Source: Methanococcus maripaludis
GTDB lineage: Archaea; AGJL01; Methanococci; Methanococcales; Methanococcaceae
NCBI RefSeq assembly: GCF_002945325.1
Contig: NZ_CP026606.1
Span: 360,001 to 392,000 of the forward strand
Length of the DNA: 32,000 nucleotides
Direction of reading: 5' to 3'
The notes beneath the pieces are model-generated. The model did no database searches. It was not told the origin of the DNA and saw only the letters and a list, made by a program, of their open reading frames with translations. This document shows positions 25,923-32,000 of this stretch, piece by piece (position 1 is the stretch's first letter; each line of letters opens with the position of its first letter). A program made the position numbers and the translations under genes.

Positions 25923-26651
25923 ATGGGCATTGGTGAAATTTTGAAAATATCAGGAATCGTAGAACTCTCAACAATTGATTACCCAAAACATGCATCTGCT
26001 GTTGTTTTTTTATCCGGATGCAACATGAAATGTGGTTACTGTCAAAATTACGAGTACATTACAACAAATGTATCTGAAATGACTGCTGAAGAAGTTTTTA
26101 ACAGTATGGATTTGATGTTTGCAGAAGCACTCGTTATAAGTGGCGGAGAACCAACCCTTCAGCCAGAAGCAGTTTTAGAACTTGCAAAAATTGCAAAAGG
26201 AAAGAATTTTCCTGTAAAACTCGATACAAATGGAACAAACCCGAATTTAGTTGAAAAACTTATTTCAAATAACTTTTTAAATTACATTGCAATAGACGTA
26301 AAAGCAGGATTTAATAATTACGAGAAAGTTACAGGATACAAAAAAGAAATTAAGGAAAACATTTTAAAAATAATAAATATCTGTAAACAGGAAGAAATAT
26401 TTGTAGAATGCAGAACTACGTTTATTCCAGAATTAATGGATGAATCAGACATTGAAGAAATTGCAAAAACCGTTAAAAACTGCGATTTATACACTATTCA
26501 ACAGTTTGACCGTGAACATTCATATGATAAAGAATTATGCAAAGTAAAACGGATTAGTGAAGACGATTTAATTGCACTTGGAAAGATTGCAAAAAAATAC
26601 ATTGAAAATGTGAAAATTAAGACCCTTTCAAGTGAAATACCAATCAACTAG
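25923..26651 (+). CDS. Radical SAM activating enzyme (NrdG / PflA-like)
   Basis: IDYPKHASAVVFLSGCNMKCGYCQN (CX3CX2C) followed by ISGGEPTL. The ORF-track start at 25821 overlaps the divergent gene and was rejected. ATG 25923 or the in-frame TTG 25941 (GGTGA SD 4 nt upstream, giving MKISGIVELS) is the likely start. Confidence 0.7.
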   Translation: MGIGEILKISGIVELSTIDYPKHASAVVFLSGCNMKCGYCQNYEYITTNVSEMTAEEVFNSMDLMFAEALVISGGEPTLQPEAVLELAKIAKGKNFPVKLDTNGTNPNLVEKLISNNFLNYIAIDVKAGFNNYEKVTGYKKEIKENILKIINICKQEEIFVECRTTFIPELMDESDIEEIAKTVKNCDLYTIQQFDREHSYDKELCKVKRISEDDLIALGKIAKKYIENVKIKTLSSEIPIN

Positions 26652-26660
26652 AGCGATAAT

Positions 26661-27377
26661 ATGGATTTAGACTCTTGGGAAGATTATTATAACCAGATAC
26701 TCGATGATTTTGGATACGGAAGTGCTGAAGACTTAAAAAGTGCAGAAATTCTTAAAGAAATGATCAAAAAATTCAAAAATAATGTAGATTTGAACGAAAT
26801 TTCCAAAAAAATCTTTGGAAAAGAAGTTTACATTTTTGGTGCGGGCCCGTCACTTAAAAAACATGTTTTGAAATTGAAAGAAATTATTGATTCAGATATC
26901 GCAATTATTGCAGCAGATGGTGCTACTAAAGCACTTTTAGAAGAAGATATAGTTCCAGATATTATTGTTTCAGACTTAGACGGCGATATTGATTCGATTT
27001 TAAAAAGCAATGATCTTGGTTCAATCGTTGTAGCTCATGCTCACGGGGACAATATCGATAAACTTGAAAAATACATTGAATTATTAAAAAATATTGTTGG
27101 AAGTACCCAATTTCCAAAAAAATTTGAATTTTTGATAAACTATGGGGGATTTACTGACGGAGATAGGTGCTGTTTTTTAGCCGAAGAATTTGGCGCTAAA
27201 AAAATCATACTCTGCGGAATGGACTTTGGAATATATGTAACGAAATATTCACGTCCAAACATTGAAAAGGACATTGAACTTGCCGATGAAATTAAAGTGA
27301 AAAAACTAAAATATGCGGAAATGTTTGTAAATTGGCTCATCACCAATGGAAAAAGCCCCATTGAGTTCATGCCCTAA
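26661..27377 (+). CDS. mptE: 6-hydroxymethyl-7,8-dihydropterin diphosphokinase MptE-like (DUF115 family)
   Basis: 238 aa with FGAGPSL, AADGAT, VSDLDGD and HAHGDN, the motifs I associate with the archaeal MptE/DUF115 family. Confidence 0.55.
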   Translation: MDLDSWEDYYNQILDDFGYGSAEDLKSAEILKEMIKKFKNNVDLNEISKKIFGKEVYIFGAGPSLKKHVLKLKEIIDSDIAIIAADGATKALLEEDIVPDIIVSDLDGDIDSILKSNDLGSIVVAHAHGDNIDKLEKYIELLKNIVGSTQFPKKFEFLINYGGFTDGDRCCFLAEEFGAKKIILCGMDFGIYVTKYSRPNIEKDIELADEIKVKKLKYAEMFVNWLITNGKSPIEFMP

Positions 27378-27476
27378 TCTCATTTCTTAGATGTTTTAAA
27401 AAACCATAGTTAAGTTTAAATAATATACATTTCAATACTTCTTCTGATAATTCTATTTATTGCTCGTGGAGATACT

Positions 27477-27767
27477 ATGTCAAATTCTTCGGAAAAAAGA
27501 CTCGAAGAAATTAGAAAACGAATTAACGAAATTGACGAACAGTTAATCGAATTGATTGCTGAAAGAACCAGTTTCGCACCCGAAATTGCTGCACTGAAAA
27601 AGTCACTCGGAACCTGTGTCTTCGATCCTAAAAGAGAAGATGCAATCTGCGAAAAAACACGTTTGATGTGTGAAAAGCACCATATAGAACCCGAAGTGGC
27701 CCTAAAAGTTATGAAAATTCTCATGACATACAATAAAGAAGTTCAAAAAGACAGCATTGAAGGGTAA
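27477..27767 (+). CDS. Chorismate mutase (AroQ class, stand-alone)
   Basis: 96 aa. LEEIRKRINEIDEQLIELIAERTSFAPEIAALKK and DPKREDAI are typical of the AroQ helical-bundle chorismate mutase. GGAGAT SD present. Confidence 0.8.
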   Translation: MSNSSEKRLEEIRKRINEIDEQLIELIAERTSFAPEIAALKKSLGTCVFDPKREDAICEKTRLMCEKHHIEPEVALKVMKILMTYNKEVQKDSIEG

Positions 27768-27847
27768 ACTTTAGCTAAATATATAAATCATAATTACAAA
27801 TGTATTATAAAATGAAACAAGATTATCTAAGTTAATAAGGTGATAAC

Positions 27848-28039
27848 TTGGGAAGAATAAGGCAAACATTCATCAAAAGAACCGGTGAAGAACTCATTGA
27901 GAAATTTGCAGACAAGTTCACAAGCGATTTTGAAGAAAACAAAAAAGCTGTTGAAGAAGTTGCAATGATCTCAACAAAACCATTGAGAAACAGAATAGCA
28001 GGTTATGTTACTGCTAAAGTAAAAAAAATGAACGCATAA
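27848..28039 (+). CDS. rps17e: 30S ribosomal protein S17e
   Basis: [20 protein letters not shown]...RNRIAGYVT is the S17e signature. It has a TTG start 4 nt after an AAGGTGA SD. Confidence 0.9.
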   Translation: MGRIRQTFIKRTGEELIEKFADKFTSDFEENKKAVEEVAMISTKPLRNRIAGYVTAKVKKMNA

Positions 28040-28048
28040 GGTGTAATT

Positions 28049-28918
28049 ATGCAAGGTGTATATCCTGCGATTATTACTCCATTAAAAGAAAATAAAGTAG
28101 ACTATGATGGTTTACGAAACAATATTGACTTTTTAATTGAAAATGGAGTTAGTGGAGTTATTCCTGTTGGAACTACTGGTGAATCACCAACATTAACGCC
28201 ATTAGAGCACGAAAAAGTCGTTGAAAAGGTTGTTGAATTCGTAGACGGTAGAGTTGAAGTAATTGCAGGTACAGGTTCTAATTCAACTTCTGAAGCACTG
28301 GAATTTTCGCAATATGCAGAAGATGTCGGTGTTGATGGAGTTTTGTTGATAACTCCATATTATAACAAACCACCTCAGGAAGGTTTGAAAAGGCATTTTG
28401 GAGAGATTGCAAATTCCATCAATGTGCCAATAGTTCTATACAATGTTCCCTCAAGAACTGCGCTAAACATAGAACCAGAAACAATTAAATATTTATTTAA
28501 CGAATATAGTAATATATCAGCTGTAAAAGAAGCTAATCCAAATTTATCTCAGGTTTCTGAAGTACTGGATTCTTGCGACATTGACATATTATCTGGAAAT
28601 GATGAATTGACTTTACCAATAATTTCCCTTGGTGGAAAAGGTGTTGTCAGCGTTATTGCAAATATCGCACCAAAAGAATTCGTTCAGATGGTTGATTTTG
28701 CAAATGCAGGCAAATTTGATAAGGCAAAAGAAATTCATTACAAATTGTTTCCGCTAATGAAGTTAATGTTTGTTGAGACAAATCCAATACCTATCAAAAC
28801 TGCGATGAATATGCTTGGAATGCCTTCGGGCGAGTTAAGATTGCCACTTTGCGAAATGGCAGAAAGCAATAAATTAAAATTGCAGAATGCTCTTAACAAT
28901 TTAGGCCTCTTAAAATAA
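28049..28918 (+). CDS. dapA: 4-hydroxy-tetrahydrodipicolinate synthase
   Basis: 289 aa with VGTTGESPTL, YNVPSRT and the Schiff-base lysine context ISAVKEAN. Confidence 0.9.
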   Translation: MQGVYPAIITPLKENKVDYDGLRNNIDFLIENGVSGVIPVGTTGESPTLTPLEHEKVVEKVVEFVDGRVEVIAGTGSNSTSEALEFSQYAEDVGVDGVLLITPYYNKPPQEGLKRHFGEIANSINVPIVLYNVPSRTALNIEPETIKYLFNEYSNISAVKEANPNLSQVSEVLDSCDIDILSGNDELTLPIISLGGKGVVSVIANIAPKEFVQMVDFANAGKFDKAKEIHYKLFPLMKLMFVETNPIPIKTAMNMLGMPSGELRLPLCEMAESNKLKLQNALNNLGLLK

Positions 28919-28935
28919 TCACGGTTCGTGATACT

Positions 28936-29175
28936 ATGATAGATGTTGAAAAAATTCAAAAACAAGCTGATGAAATCGTTGCTCAACTTTCAGAAGTTTT
29001 GGAAAATTTTGATCTTGAAACTGAAGAAGAGTACCATATTCTCGAAACGAAAAACGTACTCAGAGATGACGATGAAGCTATACTTGATGAATCATTTAAA
29101 ATCGACGCATTAAATGTGGCACCTAAAGTAAAAGACGGTTCAATCGTCGTTGAAAAAAGTAAATGGAGCCATTAA
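28936..29175 (+). CDS. gatC: Asp/Glu-tRNA amidotransferase subunit C (GatC)-like
   Basis: 79 aa and acidic. The C-terminal half (KNVLRDDD..ALNVAPKVKDGSIVVEK) matches the GatC pattern N-V-x-R-x-D ... NAP ... G-x-x-V-P/E-K. Confidence 0.55.
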   Translation: MIDVEKIQKQADEIVAQLSEVLENFDLETEEEYHILETKNVLRDDDEAILDESFKIDALNVAPKVKDGSIVVEKSKWSH

Positions 29176-29191
29176 TCATTAAAAAATAAAA

Positions 29192-29311
29192 ATGGAGCGT
29201 GAGACTATAAAGAGAAGTTCAAGAAGATGGAAAAAGAAAGGACAGATGAGATGGAAACACTACAAAAAAAGAATTAGAAGAATGAAAAGAGAAAAAAGAG
29301 AAAACAAATAA
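29192..29311 (+). CDS. rpl41e: 50S ribosomal protein L41e (39 codons; below the ORF-track cutoff)
   Basis: Manual translation gives MERETIKRSSRRWKKKGQMRWKHYKKRIRRMKREKRENK. The KRSSRRWKKKG.MRWK.YKKR.RR.KRE pattern matches what I remember of archaeal L41e. It sits last in the rps17e-dapA-gatC string and is followed by a T-run. Confidence 0.65.
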   Translation: MERETIKRSSRRWKKKGQMRWKHYKKRIRRMKREKRENK

Positions 29312-29717
29312 TTAAGTAATTAATTATTTACCCTTTTTTAAATTTTGAGGTATATGTAGTATTTTTTTTACATCTATTTTTAATTTAAAAATTTAATAAA
29401 TGAGTTTTAATAAAAAAAAGTTTTTTTGGGGAGAATTTCTATTTTTAAATATATAGTTATTCAGGGGAATTTTTCTATAACTATGAATTTAAATTGTATT
29501 TTGTAAAGTGCTTTTCGTTGGTTTAAACTACACTTTCTATCGATCAGGGAATCCCCTTTTCGACATGTTACTCTTCTTTTTGGATCATATTTATCCTTTT
29601 CCCAAAATAAAGGTTAATAAGAGCTATTTATATTCTCAATGGTTATTTTTAAATATTAAAAAAATTATCCGAAACTACTAAGTTCTACATGAAATGAAAA
29701 ATTATTAAAAAAATAAA

Positions 29718-30362
29718 TTATCTGTCAAAACATGCGTTTTCGAGTTCTTTTAAAGTGTTTAAATTTATAAATATGTCACAAGTTTTGTCTATTTTGTCAA
29801 CATCAACATAAAGAGGGTTTAATTCATCTATCAACCGTCTTATTGGAAATGATCTATTTTGTTCAAGCATTTCTTCGACAACCATTCCAAGTACATTTAC
29901 TGAAGAAATATGGTAAAGTGAAAAAAGTGGCTCAATAAATCCGTTTTTATGTTTTGGAACGATACAGTCCTGACCATTTAATTCTGCTTCTTTTATAAAT
30001 GAAAGCAAGTTTATTATTGACTCTTCGGTAATAAACGGCATGTCGCAGGGAACCAAAAAAACCCATTGAGATTTTGTATTCAACATTCCAGAAAGCATTC
30101 CAATTAACGGACCCATTCCAGGCACAAAATCCCAAGTAATAGTCTGATGATATTTTTTATAGTAATAGAGCTGTTTTTCAATTTCTTCTTCGGGTTTTTC
30201 CATAAATCGAGGGTTTTTAAACACCGTAACGAATGGAATTTCCATTTCAATTAACATGTCTGCAATATTTTCTATTAAATATTTGTTACCCGATTTTCTA
30301 AAGGATTTTTCGCCACCCATACGCTCTGCCTTTCCACCGGATAAAATAATTGCTGATATCAT
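29718..30362 (-). CDS. mobA: Molybdenum cofactor guanylyltransferase MobA
   Basis: AIILSGGKAERMGGEKSF is the nucleotidyltransferase N-terminal motif. VPCDMPFI and the C-terminal FINLNTLKELE are also MobA-like. I start at ATG 30362 rather than the ORF-track TTG 30395. Confidence 0.75.
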   Translation of the reverse strand: MISAIILSGGKAERMGGEKSFRKSGNKYLIENIADMLIEMEIPFVTVFKNPRFMEKPEEEIEKQLYYYKKYHQTITWDFVPGMGPLIGMLSGMLNTKSQWVFLVPCDMPFITEESIINLLSFIKEAELNGQDCIVPKHKNGFIEPLFSLYHISSVNVLGMVVEEMLEQNRSFPIRRLIDELNPLYVDVDKIDKTCDIFINLNTLKELENACFDR

Positions 30363-30472
30363 AATTGTCCCAATTTTAATTAGTGATTTTGACAAGATTT
30401 ATATACTCTTTTATTTATACTTGTTGTGATAATCTTTGCGATTGGATGTATTGAAACAAATTTGGTGAAACA

Positions 30473-31159
30473 ATGGAAAAAGGAAAACTCGTAAAAATTT
30501 CATACGAAGGATATGTCGATGAAAACTTGTTTGATACGACAAACGAAGAATTAGCTAAAGAAAAAGGAATTTTCAACCCAAACATGGTTTATGGCCCTGT
30601 TACAATTTCCGCTGGAGAAAAAATGTTAATCCCTGGACTCGACGGCGCTATTATGGAAATGAACGTTGGAGAAGAAAGAGAACTTGATTTAACAGCTGAA
30701 AATGCTTTTGGTAAAAGAGATCCTTCACAAGTAAAAATCGTTCCAATGAAAGAGTTTAAAAAACATAAAGTAAACCCAATCCCAGGAATGCCTGTAAATA
30801 TCGACAACAAAATTGGAAAAGTTGTAAGTGCAAACGGTGGAAGAATATTAGTTGACTTCAACCACGAACTCGCAGGAAAAGACTTGAAATACAAATTAAA
30901 AATAGAAGAAGTTGTAGAAGCTCCTGAAGCTGTTGCTTTAGAAGTTGCAAAATTATTCATCCCAAGAATTTCAGAAGCAGATTTAAAAATAACCATTGAC
31001 GGAGAAAATGTAACATTAGATCTCCCTGAAAACACAGCATTTATGCAAAACCTTCAAATGGTTAAAATGGGAATTTCAAACGAATTGATCAAAAGATTAG
31101 AAGCTAAAAAAGTTTCATTTATTGACAACTTCGTTAAAAAAGCAGAAAAAACAGAATAA
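30473..31159 (+). CDS. FKBP-type peptidyl-prolyl cis-trans isomerase, long archaeal type (IF insert plus C-terminal domain)
   Basis: VKISYEGYVDENLFDTT..LIPGLDGAIMEMNVGEE...GGRILVDFNHELAGKDLKYKLKI matches the archaeal SlyD/FKBP pattern. The length of 228 aa fits the long form. GGTGA SD present. Confidence 0.85.
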   Translation: MEKGKLVKISYEGYVDENLFDTTNEELAKEKGIFNPNMVYGPVTISAGEKMLIPGLDGAIMEMNVGEERELDLTAENAFGKRDPSQVKIVPMKEFKKHKVNPIPGMPVNIDNKIGKVVSANGGRILVDFNHELAGKDLKYKLKIEEVVEAPEAVALEVAKLFIPRISEADLKITIDGENVTLDLPENTAFMQNLQMVKMGISNELIKRLEAKKVSFIDNFVKKAEKTE

Positions 31160-31291
31160 TTAAAATTAAATAATATCTTCTTTTTTTAAATTATTATCAG
31201 CGTCATTTCAAATAGTAACTTTTTTAAATTACGGTATCCATAGATAATGTAAACGTTGCCCCTTAACCACAATTAAAACTTCGTGATAACC

Positions 31292-32000
31292 ATGGAAGAC
31301 CGATACGGAAGACAGATACGCTCTTTTAGACTTTCAGTAACCCCTAAATGTAATTTAAAATGTTTTTACTGCCATAAAGAAGGTAGAAATGAAGAACACG
31401 GCAAATTAATGAGTGCCGATGAAATTGGAAAAATTGTAAATTCTTCATTAGAATTTGGAGTTAGAAAAATCAAAATTTCTGGTGGAGAACCGCTTTTAAG
31501 AACAGATTTGCCCGAAATTATATCTTATATCAAAAATGAACAGATAAAAGACATTTCATTAACTACAAATGGAATTCTACTTGAAAAATATGCGCAAAAA
31601 TTAAAAGATGCAGGACTTGATAGAGTAAACGTGAGTTTAGATACTCTGGATCCTGAACAGTACAAAAAAATTACTGCTGGCGGAAATATCGAAAGCGTGA
31701 AAAAAGGAATAGAAAAAGCTATTGAAGTAGGTTTAACTCCATTAAAAGTTAATTTTTTAGCGATGGACTGTACGGTAAACCAACTTCCCTCAATTATGGA
31801 TTACTGCAGAAAAGTTGGTGCAATACTCCAAATAATTGAATTTATTCCAATGGAAACTGAATTAAAACACCACCATGTAGATGTTGTTCCAATTGAAGAA
31901 GAATTTGCAAAAAATGCAGATAATGTATTTACAAGAAAGTTCATGCAGAACAGGAAAAAATATGTTATTGATGGATTAGAAGTTGAATTTGTTCGACCAA
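31292..32000 (+). CDS. moaA: GTP 3',8-cyclase MoaA (5' partial, runs off the window)
   Basis: Manual translation from ATG 31292 gives MEDRYGRQIRSFRLSVTPKCNLKCFYCHKEG..VRKIKISGGEPLLR. It has the CX3CX2C radical SAM motif and MoaA-typical context, and stays open to the window end. It is absent from the ORF track because no stop codon is reached. Confidence 0.85.
   Translation, partial: MEDRYGRQIRSFRLSVTPKCNLKCFYCHKEGRNEEHGKLMSADEIGKIVNSSLEFGVRKIKISGGEPLLRTDLPEIISYIKNEQIKDISLTTNGILLEKYAQKLKDAGLDRVNVSLDTLDPEQYKKITAGGNIESVKKGIEKAIEVGLTPLKVNFLAMDCTVNQLPSIMDYCRKVGAILQIIEFIPMETELKHHHVDVVPIEEEFAKNADNVFTRKFMQNRKKYVIDGLEVEFVRP

Noticed and set aside
29565-29681. 38-codon plus-strand ORF (MLLFFLDHIYPFPKIKV...) in the long convergent spacer
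   Set aside because: It has no SD and no recognisable sequence, and its composition is typical of random AT-rich translation. It is kept only as part of the spacer finding.
30589-31035. 148-aa minus-strand ORF inside the FKBP gene
   Set aside because: It is an antisense shadow ORF with an S/F/I-rich nonsense-like sequence. The FKBP frame is clearly the real one.
1-32000. N-terminally extended ORF-track starts (4308, 5920, 14119, 17095, 21152, 24254, 25821, 30395)
   Set aside because: In each case the extension begins at a GTG or TTG inside or upstream of the SD, or overlaps the divergent neighbour. An internal ATG or TTG with a properly spaced GGTGA-like SD gives the family-typical N-terminus.
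1-32000. CRISPR arrays, tRNA or rRNA genes, transposases or integrases, toxin-antitoxin or other defence genes
   Set aside because: I saw no regularly spaced 25-40 bp repeats, no GC-rich cloverleaf-sized islands in spacers, and no ORF with transposase, integrase or nuclease-defence hallmarks. This was a by-eye scan only, so short or degenerate elements could have been missed.
1-32000. NrpR operators (GGAA-N6-TTCC) near nrpR or other promoters
   Set aside because: I inspected the intergenic spacers and found no match to the palindromic operator. None of the genes here is a classical nitrogen-regulated target. Coding regions were not scanned exhaustively.

Overview
Very AT-rich, tightly packed archaeal chromosomal segment: about 40 genes, short spacers, GGTGA-type Shine-Dalgarno sites, TTTATATA-like TATA boxes and oligo-T terminators. 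Gene content points to a Methanococcus-type methanogen, most likely M. maripaludis or a close relative. The pointers are the NrpR nitrogen repressor, SepSecS of the archaeal selenocysteine pathway, two proteins with EppA-type class III signal peptides, and an MptE-like methanopterin enzyme. This is inference from reading the proteins, not a database hit. The window is mostly core housekeeping with a strong translation and ribosome-biogenesis flavour: aIF1A-Rio1-KH cluster, fibrillarin-Nop5 operon, RlmE, ValRS, GatC, S17e, L41e, diphthine synthase and SepSecS. It also carries cofactor genes (cbiJ, mobA, moaA, mptE) and envelope genes. I found no transposase or integrase, CRISPR array, tRNA, rRNA or recognisable defence gene, so I do not claim a new defence or mobile system. 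Four items absent from the ORF track could be supported by eye: two box C/D sRNA candidates, each with its own TATA box and oligo-T stop, a 39-codon L41e gene, and the 5' part of moaA running off the window end. The best candidates for a second look are: (1) the two C/D sRNAs, whose guides look directed at the anticodon arm of a CAU-anticodon tRNA; (2) a MinD ATPase with a bacterial-like C-terminal amphipathic tail, translationally coupled to a tiny TM/coiled-coil protein and followed by a sequon-rich anchored surface protein and a GT2 glycosyltransferase; (3) an ApgM-family paralog in which most binuclear-metal ligands appear replaced; (4) two adjacent large class III signal peptide (pilin-like) proteins; (5) a radical SAM enzyme with a CX7CX2C cluster motif; (6) a 400-bp gene-free spacer between convergent genes that contains repeated motifs.
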